This document shows positions 1 through 10,895 of a DNA stretch of 64,000 nt, in pieces (positions within the stretch are counted from its first letter, which is position 1; every line of letters starts with the position of its first letter). The notes under the pieces were generated by a model. It made no database searches. It saw only the letters and a list, made by a program, of their open reading frames with translations, and was not told the origin of the DNA. This DNA comes from Paraphysomonas bandaiensis (taxonomy: Eukaryota > Protista > Chrysophyceae): the NCBI GenBank assembly GCA_965644295.1, contig CBFFRP010000178.1, positions 37,218 through 101,217 of the forward strand. Direction: 5' to 3'. The position numbers were made by a program, and so were the translations under genes.

Positions 1-133
1 TATAGATCAAGCTATTATCTCTTTTTTCAACTAGCCACTACATTGGTGCAGAATTTTAACGCCTATTGCTAAATAATCAGACTTTCAATATATATCACTT
101 TTTGTATGTTACAATACCTACGCCGTAATGAAC

Positions 134-999
134 ATTACTACTGTATATTTAAAATATCTTAAAGTAAGCTCGTATCTTATAGTACTTGTTGGGGTCTATA
201 GTTTTACGTAGTTGTATATGTTTCAAGCCATTATTAAGTTGGGGATGTTAATGTTTTCATATCGTTGGAATAAGCAATGAGCTAAGCACTAAAGTTATGT
301 GCGCCGTTGAAATTTGTATTCGTCATAATGACCATGGTTCCAGACCTGCATCAACAAAATCACGTACTAATAAAATGATCTACATAATATATACCTGTAT
401 TCCAGCACCTCTGTATTGATCAATGATATCTACAAGAACATTTTGACTTCAGTAGCAATTTCCTGGGGCGTATAGAGTAAAAGATACTTAAATATAGAGT
501 TTTCACCTTAAAATTAGATTGCAGAAATCTGATACTCTTCTTTTCATCATCCGATATTTTCAAAGGTTTTTTGTCTTTGCAGTCTTCTTCCCTCCAATTC
601 GGCATATATGAGTTTGAAAAAACTACTACGGGACGGGATTTCAACTCCATAGATTGGCGCACAAACTGTTCGAAAAGGTCTTTCTTACGGTTGTCTCCTG
701 CGTCGCAGTTGAAACTTTGCTCCCAGTGGATGATATCAGCGTCAGTTCCAGCAAAAGCATTGACACATAAATCATAAGGAATGCAAGGATTATTGCCAAG
801 TGCAACATTTCGAGACACTAATTTAATATTCACTGCCTCAGGTGCAGGAGTCACAAGACGACCTGTTCGTTCAGTGAAAGGTTGATCTTATCCAACTTTT
901 AAGAACATTTAATAATTCTTTTAATATTTTGCTTTGAAATTTTACTCTATATATATACACTATAAATATATTATTAAATAAGACAATAGTTAGTATACC
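134..999 (-). pseudogene. Degenerate partial duplicate of the SGNH-like gene at 8898-10675 and its 3' flank
   Basis: 134-309 matches about 8563-8752 and 311-999 matches about 9677-10476. Introns are retained, exon 1 is absent, about 0.9 kb is deleted, and a smaller deletion removes the GSSVTAGHD motif. ORF 420-854 is nearly identical to part of ORF 9755-10342. Confidence 0.88.
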
Positions 1000-1271
1000 C
1001 ACGACGACGGCAATAATATATAATTTATTATAATAATTGTTCAATTTTTAGCTAAGCCTTAGTAGACTTTTTAATCATATCAGGATACATTTAGGATATA
1101 TCAGATATCAGATAGTCAGATATGGTGTACGAGCATCTAGTTGCATTCCACTTACCATAAACAAGTAATAGTAGCGGCACTACCATTAATTGGCTGATAT
1201 CACCGCTGAACAAATGAACTGAAACTATCAGCTACTGCAATCACCAAACTCTTAGGCGTATCGCGGTGTCA

Positions 1272-2555
1272 TTACACCTCTGTGACATTGGAATAGCCGA
1301 CGATATTAGGTTGCGTCAACGCAGCACTGTTGAAGTTAGTTGCATCAGAAGAAGGAATCAGGAATGGGGCGATAAGTGATGCAGTGGTAGCGTCATTCAA
1401 CAAACAATGTGTTGACGGTCGTGCTGCCGCTGATTTTTCTAGGCACATTGTGATTAAGCGCAATAGCGGATCATGATATGTACCAGCCCCCGCTATGTCA
1501 GGAATTGGTTGAGGGGTTTTCTGCAAGACGTCCTGTACACTTTCGAAGGGGAAATGTTTCCATTTATCCATGCCCACGCCGAACTCAACGCACATCGCGT
1601 AGAGCGTCAATCCGAATGCCCAAATATCACTCTTGATCGACGTCGTATTCGTTAAATAAAATTCAGGGGCCAAGAATAGTCTAAACCCCATGGGGCTCGC
1701 CACACCGTATGTGTTGCTAATTTTCTTGCATATGCCAAAGTCTCCGAGTTTGTATATCGGACTGTCCCCTTTTCGAGAAAAAACAAAAATGTTGTCAGGT
1801 TTAATATCTCTGTGCAGAATGTGGTTAGCATGTAAATATGACAGGGCTAGGAGCATATGAGCACAAGCACTTATGACGATGTCCTCTTTCACATGTCCCT
1901 TGGCGCGTTTAATGAGGTCGTTGAGAGTTCCGCCTGCACAATATTCCGTCACCATCGAAGCATTTCCATTGTAATCAATGCACTGGTAAAATTTGATGAT
2001 TGCAGGATGGGATAAGCGTCGCAGATTATTTATTTCGTTTTCCAGAGCTTTTGTACTTGCTTCGACGCGATGTTGCTCAATAGGACCGTCAGTATTAATC
2101 TGTATAGTCTTAAGTGCGAGATATGTGTCAACTGGGAGAAATCGGTCGTGTCCCATGATCAAACCAAACTTTACACGATAGACAGTTCCAAAACACCCAG
2201 CTCCTAAGGTCGATATCTCTTTAATATGTCTTTGAAGAGGAGGAAATGGAGCTTTTTTCCTTAAGTAAATCAAAGCTGCTTTTGTTACACTGTCAGTATT
2301 CGGATTTCTTGGAATTTTCTCCCATACTTTGTCAGCATTAACCCATTCCCATGATTTATTACCAAATCGATATCGTATTAAAATGTTATTATAAAACAAT
2401 CCACGATCAATATAGTAACATCCATCGTAACATCCATCAGTATATGGTCCATATACATACCTTAAAGCTGAAACATTATGTTTCTTATCATCTTTAAAAG
2501 CAGATACATTAAATCCTAAAAATGACCAAAATCCATTTGATGATTCAACTCCCAT
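1272..2555 (-). CDS. Intronless Ser/Thr protein kinase (NEK-like catalytic domain) with N-myristoylation motif and an unnamed N-terminal domain
   Basis: GAGCFGTVY, ALK, HRDIKPDN, DFG, APE and SDIW motifs; N-terminus MGVESS fits MGxxxS. Confidence 0.9.
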   Translation of the reverse strand: MGVESSNGFWSFLGFNVSAFKDDKKHNVSALRYVYGPYTDGCYDGCYYIDRGLFYNNILIRYRFGNKSWEWVNADKVWEKIPRNPNTDSVTKAALIYLRKKAPFPPLQRHIKEISTLGAGCFGTVYRVKFGLIMGHDRFLPVDTYLALKTIQINTDGPIEQHRVEASTKALENEINNLRRLSHPAIIKFYQCIDYNGNASMVTEYCAGGTLNDLIKRAKGHVKEDIVISACAHMLLALSYLHANHILHRDIKPDNIFVFSRKGDSPIYKLGDFGICKKISNTYGVASPMGFRLFLAPEFYLTNTTSIKSDIWAFGLTLYAMCVEFGVGMDKWKHFPFESVQDVLQKTPQPIPDIAGAGTYHDPLLRLITMCLEKSAAARPSTHCLLNDATTASLIAPFLIPSSDATNFNSAALTQPNIVGYSNVTEV

Positions 2556-2824
2556 TTTAATTAATAGTGTATTGTTAAAGGTATGGACTAGTAGAGTAAT
2601 AGATAGATGGATATATATATATATATATGCATACAGAGATATGATGAGGAAGATGTAGACTCCCCTACGTACAATACAATCATCTATAAGAAGAATATCC
2701 TACATAAACCATATCTAGATTTCTAGGAATTTTTCTACAAACATTTTTCATAACAAAGAAAATTCCTAAGAAGAAAAAGTACCAACATAATCTTGAAGAG
2801 TAAATTTTTTTCAGTTTCTTATTT

Positions 2825-3555
2825 ATATATTGGAGACGTTTTTCGACAAAGCGGACCAGTCTGGTCCCACTTCATTTTTTTGTATTGTGTTTTTTCGTAT
2901 GGAACATGAGTGTAGAGCTTTGAAATTGTGGTCAAAATGACCACAATTTCTATTAAGGAGCCAGGCGCCATATCCATATAGATAGAGAATAAAAAGTGTG
3001 TATTATTGTAGTGTAGACCCATATTGCTGAGCTTGATGGAAGAAACTCCGGCAAGAAGACTCGCCTTGCTGCCGGAGACCATCTCCCAGTCGGAGATGGT
3101 GACTGTATCTTTTAACACCCTACAGTTCGAGCAACAGATAACGTCGATTACTACAAGTCAACTTTGCCACTTTGTGCTTTGGTAGATATGAATGAACACT
3201 TGAAAACGACTGCTACTGATGACACGAGCATTCGTATCCTGGAGAATTTGAGGAGCCTGGACATGGGAAATGTCGATCCGATACCATCACTGCTTTTATC
3301 AAAGGGACTGTAAAGAGGGCAAGAAATAATGGAAAGAGTTTTGTCAATGTCGCTGATGTTGTCAACGAACTTCCACAAAAATCCCCTGTAGGGTATCATG
3401 TTCAAGAGATGTTCTACCTCGACACAAAAAGTCTGTCAGAGTACCGTCCGCCATCAAAGGGATCAGCGACATAATTGGGTATAAGTTCTTGCCTTCAGCG
3501 GTTGTTTTGCAGGAAGTACCACCCTTGGGAAAAGGAGTTATATTGCCTCACACAG
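2825..3555 (+). pseudogene. Frameshifted DDE/D transposase relic (Sola-like)
   Basis: Manual + strand translation across frames gives ILETFFDKADQSG..., RATDNVDYYKS (3128-3160) and EPGHGKCRSDTITAFIKGTVKRA (about 3253-3325), resembling the SDN...GHGK..D...G.VKR pattern of Sola-type transposases. Stops and frameshifts are present. Confidence 0.5.
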
Positions 3556-3659
3556 TAAGTGTAATAATCTGCTGTTTAATAATTCTTTTCAACACTAATA
3601 CTGCCGTCTGATAATGCTGATTTTTTTAGTAGGATCTTGTAAGTAAGCGTAGAGGTGCG

Positions 3660-4463
3660 ATGTCTCTAGTGCCAACCGGGGCACATATTGTTGAGTCATC
3701 AGTGCAGTCTGTTGAAGCAATTAGTCGACAACTATTACCGAAGCCGACTCACGAAACAAGGCTCAAAATTAAGAGAGCGGTTCAACAGAGAAAGCTTGAC
3801 GCAAAGACGAAGAGATTAATGAAAGATCGAATGGAGTGTGATAGAATAGAGTCCGTATTAAACCAGTACAAACCTACTATTCCCTCAGCACGGTCGACAT
3901 GCTCTTCCTCAACGCCAGCTACTGTGGAAACTCATTCCACGACTCGCAAATTTCCGACACCTGTAGTCCGAATTCTAGATCTGCTTGATTCTGGCATGAA
4001 ATCTCATCCCTCGAACATACTGCTAGGTGGGAAAATGGATATATCACAGAAAGAGATAAGCATCAGAATATCTTCCTTACAGGAATTACCCCAAATGGAT
4101 GTTCAAGGGAACGTTGTCTCGAAAGATAGTTGCTCTTCAATCAATGCCGTGACGATTTCAGAGGGAATAAGGTTGCACAAAGTAAATGACATGGTGATCA
4201 GTGCAGCCCATCTCCACGAGGGTGTGGTTGAATTTCTACATAGGACATTTTCCTGTGAAAACGATTTTCTCATTTGTCATTTCACCATGGGACCTCGGAA
4301 AGTATATCCCCTCAGTCCAGTGACATTACAGTACGATATGCGTGATAAAAGACAGACTCCTACAATCCGACGGTACATGAAATTACACTTTGTAGAGCCT
4401 TGGAAATGGCTTACTGTTGGTCAGATTTCCTCTTGGATTAGCATGAAAACGAGAGAAAAATAA
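3660..4463 (+). CDS. Hypothetical 267-aa ORF, possibly the 3' part of the Sola-like relic
   Basis: Long open frame on the same strand, directly after an intron-like GTAAGT...AG segment (about 3556-3632). No recognisable domain. Confidence 0.35.
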   Translation: MSLVPTGAHIVESSVQSVEAISRQLLPKPTHETRLKIKRAVQQRKLDAKTKRLMKDRMECDRIESVLNQYKPTIPSARSTCSSSTPATVETHSTTRKFPTPVVRILDLLDSGMKSHPSNILLGGKMDISQKEISIRISSLQELPQMDVQGNVVSKDSCSSINAVTISEGIRLHKVNDMVISAAHLHEGVVEFLHRTFSCENDFLICHFTMGPRKVYPLSPVTLQYDMRDKRQTPTIRRYMKLHFVEPWKWLTVGQISSWISMKTREK

Positions 4464-4695
4464 CGTCCTTTCAGTCCTTCCCTCTCCAGAAATCGTATGA
4501 TAATTGTAACACATTTATGAATGATAATAACTTTAAGTAGTACAAAACAAAAAAAGGTATCTGGTACAATCAAATCTAAGAAGTAAAAACAATAATATAT
4601 AAATATACTCTTAACAAACATTAAGATAAATATGTTAACATTCAATAAAGAACAGTGCCATCCATTTGTTTCACCTGATTATTAAGTCCTTGTAG

Positions 4696-5290
4696 CAGGG
4701 CTAGGAAACAATATATTGCAATACTGTTGTTAAATAGGGTTGTATTGACGGAGTATCCGTACATATGAGTATCACTATTCAGTAAGTAAACACATCAGTA
4801 GATTCCAGTTTTAGTATTAGTCATTAAAATCACATGATATCCAAAACCACTACTGCATTGGCGTTCAAGTGTATTGGAAGTACATACTACAAGACTCGTG
4901 CACCTGTACTTAGATATTTCAATCTTTCATTTCTTAATTTTTTTAGCTCACTGAAGAAATATTTCCGCATAGCCAACCTCAGCTTCATCATCATCTGTAC
5001 TGTTACATTCGCTGTCTGTACGGAGATATATTCTAACAGCATCTTTCCCAGATCTTGTCAACTCAAATTATTCGCTTGCTTGAATTTTTTCAAATTCCAT
5101 TCTCAGAATTCGGATCACTAGCAATGGAACTGTTTTCTTTAAAGCAGGTTTGGGATACCTAGCCCCGAAGTCCATCAACAAGCCGCCAAAAATGTTCCGG
5201 TCTTCATAAATATTCACTTGACTAGAGTCTCCTGTTTGAAGTAGCTTAGAAACGCTTTCAAACTTTCTCAGGTCGTCTACAAGCAAAGAT
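4696..5290 (-). mobile_element. hAT transposon remnant: C-terminal transposase pseudogene plus a probable terminus
   Basis: ORF 5068-5286 (DDLRKFESVSKLLQ...) continues through stops as ELTRSGKDAVRIYL...VGYAE...SKYRCTSLVVCTSNTLER, the hAT dimerisation-type TSNxxER motif. CAGGGCTAGG at 4696 resembles a hAT TIR start. Confidence 0.7.
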
Positions 5291-6248
5291 CTGGGGGCTT
5301 GTGGGGTGGTCCATAGCGGTGCCTATGGTATTACAGAAAATAAAATAGGGGTACTTAATATTAAAATGTATTAAATCACATATATATATGGCAATGTAAC
5401 GTTATAGAAAAAATATATTAGACACATGGTTTATAATGTACCGGAAGTCTACTTTGCACTCTGGGGGTGATCTATGGGCGTCTGGGGTGGCACGTGTCGG
5501 TGCATGTGATAGCGGTACAATTAGAAGGAAAATATGTTTAAGACGTATATAAATGCTAAATTACGGCTTCATTAACAATGTATATATAGTCTACAATGTA
5601 TCTGTCGTGTTGGTCACCCTCTGAGGGTCGTCCAACGCTCCTGGCGGTTGCAATCTATAGGAGGCCGATATCTGTACTGTTATGACATATTACAATAATA
5701 TCTTTCGATAAAATCATCTATTTCTTAGATCATACGCTGCCATAGTAAATATACTTATGATGCATGCACTTTAATGTCTCTGAAGGTGGTACATGCTGTC
5801 GAGCTGCCTGTAAGTGACTGTATCTTCTACATACATACACACATATTCAGAGTCTCATGTGCTGTTCCACTGTATTGTATACCGGTATACAGCAGTATAC
5901 TCATACATAAAAGTGGTGGTGATGGTGAGTGTGAGTTTGGGTGTGGTGATGATGAGGGCCTGTTTTTTTAGGACGAGTGGGACCATCTACGGTCCTACAA
6001 GTGGAGGGTTGGTCCACTTTGTCGAAAAACGTCTCATTGTTAATTGGGTTTTCCACCCTTTGCTCCACCTTTTGTTTTTTTCGGATGTTGCAGTTTTGGA
6101 AGTCCTCCAATCCACAAGTTTTTTTGCAACCATAAACCATAAACATTAGAAAAACTCGATTTTTGAAAATATATAAATACAGTACTTAAGATTTTACTCA
6201 GCAATCTTGATGGAAAAGTCGAGAACTTTGTGCTAAAGTATGTTGATA

Positions 6249-6581
6249 GTATCTTCAGTCGGCATCATATTTTTCGGATATAAATTGAAGCAAATATATT
6301 CTATATTACTGTAATACAACTACGGCTGGAATACAGATATTTGTTGTCTCAATATTAGAGGCATCTTTAAACAAAAATATACAAAGGATGCTGATACATT
6401 TCACACATATTCATTTCTACAATGATCCATACGTATCATCATCGTTAGTATATTTTTGTTCAAAGATGCCTCTAATATTGAGTCAACAATTATCTGTATT
6501 CCAGCCGTAGTTCTATTACAGTAATATAGAGAATATTTGCTTCAATTTATATCCGAAAAATAAGATGCTGACAACCGATAC
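6249..6581. mobile_element. Foldback/MITE-like element with about 150-bp imperfect inverted arms
   Basis: 6249-6397 is the reverse complement of about 6433-6581; both ends are flanked by GATA. A single-arm copy lies at about 10768-10895. Confidence 0.8.
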
Positions 6582-6637
6582 GATATAAAGTATATGCTAC
6601 ATGTAGCTATTTATAACTATAAATCTATATCAGTAAT

Positions 6638-7813
6638 ATGGGAGTATCATCATCAATAGATAAAGATAGAAATAGTTACTATGATGATCCACTAAAAGAT
6701 GAGGATACACCATATCATGATCCAGATTTACTTGAATTAAAAGCACAACCAGCTGATGCTGAAGATGGAGATTACTATCGACCTCGATGTCATATAGCTA
6801 CCGTCATATGGTATAGATATGATATAATTAGAAATATATGGATGTGGTCACCAGATACTCATGTAAAAAAGATATGGATGGATGTCACTGAAACAGTAGT
6901 ACGTGAAGGATATTATGCTGGTTTAACTCCTGTACCACAAAATGTAAAAATTATAAATGCATTGCGTCGATTAAATCCACGACCGCGATTGCTTAAAAAG
7001 GATACGAAGCGTCTTATTGGAAGTGGTGGATTCGGTAAAGTGTACTCGTATGAAACAAACAGAACGGGGAATTCTTTTCTCAGATCTAAAGGCTTTGTCA
7101 ATCCATCTTGGTGTGCAGTCAAGTATATACCGTACAGTAATGATGGGAGTATGTCTAAGGTCAGTGAAGAAGTCGCTATATTACAGTCCATTGCCGAAGG
7201 GTCTGTCGACAGTATTGTGAAGTGCTGGGACGCTGTTATTGACAAAGGACGGAAATGCGTACAAGTGTACATGGAACATTGTGATGGCCATATTCGGAGT
7301 CTATTCCCATTTGACAACAACGCATGTCTCAGACTTTTGATTGACATGATAGATGCATTAAAATTTATTCATGGGTGCAAAATATATCACCGAGACATCA
7401 AACCCGAAAATATTCTTTATGTCACACGACCAGATGGGCGTCGACGATATAAAGTGGCAGACTTTGGCCTCGCTAGATACGCTGAAACCGTGGGGCCTGC
7501 AAGGTTGAATCCAGGTTATTTTGCTGGTACCTTTGGATATCTGTCACCAGAAGCGTTATTGCGTTGTAACTATGAGAAAACAGACATTTGGGCAACGGGA
7601 GTCGTATTGTATGAAGGGCTCACCAAAACCATGCCATTTCAAGATGTTGCTGAACTTTTGGATCCGTCATCGTCATTCAGACCTGCATTGCCCCCAGACG
7701 TATTTCCTGTTTTGGAGGATGTAATAAGTTCTTGTTTAATTATCTCTGTCGCAGACAGGCCTGACATAGAGGAGCTGCAGTCTATTTACTTAGAAGGGCC
7801 GCCAGGACGTTGA
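6638..7813 (+). CDS. Intronless Ser/Thr protein kinase with N-myristoylation motif and the same unnamed N-terminal domain as 1272-2555
   Basis: GSGGFGKVY, AVK, HRDIKPEN, DFG, GTFGYLSPE and TDIW motifs; N-terminus MGVSSS. Confidence 0.9.
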   Translation: MGVSSSIDKDRNSYYDDPLKDEDTPYHDPDLLELKAQPADAEDGDYYRPRCHIATVIWYRYDIIRNIWMWSPDTHVKKIWMDVTETVVREGYYAGLTPVPQNVKIINALRRLNPRPRLLKKDTKRLIGSGGFGKVYSYETNRTGNSFLRSKGFVNPSWCAVKYIPYSNDGSMSKVSEEVAILQSIAEGSVDSIVKCWDAVIDKGRKCVQVYMEHCDGHIRSLFPFDNNACLRLLIDMIDALKFIHGCKIYHRDIKPENILYVTRPDGRRRYKVADFGLARYAETVGPARLNPGYFAGTFGYLSPEALLRCNYEKTDIWATGVVLYEGLTKTMPFQDVAELLDPSSSFRPALPPDVFPVLEDVISSCLIISVADRPDIEELQSIYLEGPPGR

Positions 7814-7832
7814 CGGCACACCCCGCGATAAA

Positions 7833-8060
7833 ATGAAGCAGTGTATGATACCAAACACTTCTGGCTTCTGCAACGCCTTTCAGAAGGGAGAGTGCGATCA
7901 CGGCGACGGCTGCAGCTTCACCCACGAGTTCGGTGAGGCCACGAAATGCCGGTGTTCCTCGTCCTCGTGGAGTGTGCTATGCTTTCCAGAGAGGCGAGTG
8001 CATCCGCGGAGAGGGCTGCTGATTCAGGCACGATAATGAGGGCTCTCGCTCCAAACGCCC
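7833..8060 (+). pseudogene. Tandem CCCH zinc-finger gene fragment
   Basis: FCNAFQKGECDHGDGCSFTH in the ORF; a second finger, VCYAFQRGECIRGEGC*FRH, lies in another frame with a stop codon. The segment is locally GC-rich. Confidence 0.7.
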
Positions 8061-8317
8061 TGCTGACAGACTTACAGAAGTTGTGGCTTCTAAAATTAAA
8101 TTAACCTTCATATTTATTTCATATCATCCAGAATAAATTCTTTTTCGTCTCTCTTGCACTAAGCAGCTAGTAGCTACCCGCCAGCAATGCGTACAAGTAG
8201 CTATTATTTTGTACTTATACAATTACTAGTAGCAGCGCATCCTCGTGATCTATTGATCCTCTCTGCGTGCTGGCTTCCTCCGCTTCTTGGGATACACTAC
8301 TAGTATGGGATCTATTT

Positions 8318-8473
8318 TTCCACCTAGTCAATTTGGTGGAACTTCGTAGTCACACCGAAAATGGTGTAAAACCCTAGTCAAAAGGTAGAAAACTCTAGTC
8401 AATAATTACTAAGATTTTTAACATTACAATATGACTAGGTTGACTAGGTGGAAGTGGGTATTCACCTAGTCAA
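8318..8473. repeat. Cluster of CTAGTCA motifs with a 14-bp inverted repeat
   Basis: TTCCACCTAGTCAA (8318-8331) and TTGACTAGGTGGAA (8440-8453), plus several more (C)TAGTCA/TGACTAG copies. Confidence 0.6.
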
Positions 8474-8897
8474 ACAGGGGAGCATACTGTAGCCATAAAT
8501 TCAAAAACTCGAATGCTATTTGCCTCACATTGATGTAAAGCACATGGCGGGCACTATCAAATTATTACCACTGTATATTTTAAATATCTTAAAGTAAGCT
8601 CGTAGCTTATAGTACTTGTTGGGGTCTATAGTTTTACGTTTTACGTAGTTGTTGTATAAGTTTCAAGCAAGTATTAAGTTGGGGATGTTAATGTTTTCAT
8701 ATCGTTGGAATAAGCAATTCTCTAGCTAAGCACCAAAGTTATGTGCGTCGTTAATAGAATATCCATCAGTCAGATGTGGCAAATGGCAAAGTAATAAAGA
8801 GCAAAGATAAACCACACACAAAGAATACACTCTTAACAGAAAAAATATCTAATGACTACCTCGAACACTACTAAATGTTTATCGAATTGCTATGAGA

Positions 8898-10675
8898 CTA
8901 TGGAAGTAAAAGATAAGCAAAGGATACTTGATCTTCACCAGTGGGTACCACGGTTAACACATGCTGTCCTATAGGTAACGTATCATCAATATCAACGCAC
9001 AGCCAGGTTTGCGAATCCTTAGGGTTCTTTTGTGTGTACGACAACCTTTTTGCATGACTCGAATCAAACACAAACGAATCTTTGTTTTCGACGTTCTCTG
9101 TCAAGTATAGCTCAGTATCACATTCCCAAAAATTCTTGAAACCTTCGGGGAGTTTTCCCCAATTCCCAGGTGGCTGACACAAAAAAGAATTTCCAACCTT
9201 TCTCACTTGAATGTGTAACGATAACTGTCCATTCTCCTTATTTCCATGCAACATATACTTGAAATCATGATACCCTTGCGATTTAGCCTTTTTTATTATC
9301 TCCGGGTCCGTATGCATTTCAAATATTGATAGCTCAAATCCTTTCGTCCCATCCTTATTGGGTATAACTAAATTCTCTAACGAGAACTCATTATTCGAAC
9401 GAGGCTGGAAAGAAGTGTAACAACGCACACCATTATACGGAGAGTCAAATATCGGAGCGGATGGCATATAATGAACTTCAGCCTTGATATGCTTATCCAC
9501 GAGTGCTTGGAATCCTTTGAGGTTTTGCTCGGAGTGTGATAGAATCGTGGTGATGGCATCTTTAAATATCAACAGCCAGAAGTAAGAAAATTGAGCTGCA
9601 CGAAGTTCATGACCCAATATACTGGGGTGCCAAGGAGCGGAGCAGCAACCCCAGTCTGGAATATATGGGCCATGACATTTGTATTCCTCATAATGACCAT
9701 GGTTCCAGACCTGCATCAACAGCATCAATCACGATACACGTATACTAATAACACTCAATACATAATATATACCTGTATTCCAGCACCTCTGTATTGATCA
9801 ATGACATCTACAAGAACATTCCAGTGCTCCCTCACTGCACCTTTATTGACTTCGGTAGCAATTTCCTGGGGCGTATAGAGTAAAAGATACTTAAATATAA
9901 AGACATTTAATGCAACTTTCACCTTAGGATTAGACTGCAGAAATCTGATGCTCTTCTTTTCATCATCCGATATTTTCACAGGTTTTTTGTCTTTGCAGTC
10001 TTCTTCCCTCCAATTCGGCATATATGAGTTTGAAAAAACTACTACGGGACGGGATTTCAACTCCATAGATTGGCGCACAAAGTGTTCGAAAAGGTCTTTC
10101 TTACGGTTGTCTCCTGCGTCGCAGTTGAAACTTTGCTCCCAGTGGATGATATCAGCGTCAGTTCCAGCAAAAGCATTGACACATAAATCATAAGGAATGC
10201 AAGGATTATTGCCAAGTGCAACATTTCGAGACACTACTTTAATATTCACTGCCTCAAGTGCAGGAGCCATAAGACGACCTGTTCGTTCAGAGAAAGATTG
10301 ATTGAATGGTGTATCATGTCCAGCAGTAACAGATGATCCCATCCAACTTATTACAAATTGATTATTAGGAATATTTAATAATCCTTTTAATATTTTGCTT
10401 TGAAATTTTACTCTATATATACATATATATACACACTGTAAGTATATATTATGAATAAACTAGTAGTTAGTATACCTTAAAGTGTCCCAACTAGATGGTG
10501 GCATAGCTACACTTTTTAAAAAATTAGGATAGTTTAATATATTCCATCTAGTAGATAGTGTAGTTAGTATATTGTTAGTAGCTAGTAGAGAGTTTTGTAA
10601 TTGAGTAATCTCTGTATGTTTAGTAGCATATGTCATATGAAATAGAATAAGAATAGAATAGATAGATAATTTCAT
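8898..10675 (-). CDS. Secreted SGNH/GDSL-hydrolase-like protein, 4 exons
   Basis: Signal peptide MKLSIYSILILFHMTYA; block-I-like GSSVTAGHD; WHPSILGH. Exons at about 10675-10476, 10412-9923, 9865-9773 and 9710-8898 with GT-AG introns. Confidence 0.75.
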
Positions 10676-10767
10676 TGTGATATTAAGTGATAAGAATGAG
10701 TGAGTTATATATATATGTATGTATATATAACCCTGAAGCTTAATGGATATCACTCGTATGGGCAGCA

Positions 10768-10895
10768 GGCATCATATTTTTCGGAAATATATTGAAGTAA
10801 ATATTCTCTATATTACTGCAATATAACTACGGCTAGAATACAGACAATTGTTGTCTCAATATTAGAGGCATCTTGGAACAAAAGGATGCCGATAT
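10768..10895. repeat. Single-arm copy of the 6249-6581 foldback element
   Basis: GGCATCATATTTTTCGG...TTGTTGTCTCAATATTAGAGGCATCTT matches 6261-6397. Confidence 0.8.

Noticed and set aside
2715-2775. HSE-like GAA/TTC runs upstream of kinase 1
   Set aside because: No perfect three-unit array, and such runs are expected by chance in AT-rich DNA.
5290-6150. GC-richer patches that might be minus-strand mini-exons
   Set aside because: I could not assemble a consistent reading frame or recognise a product.
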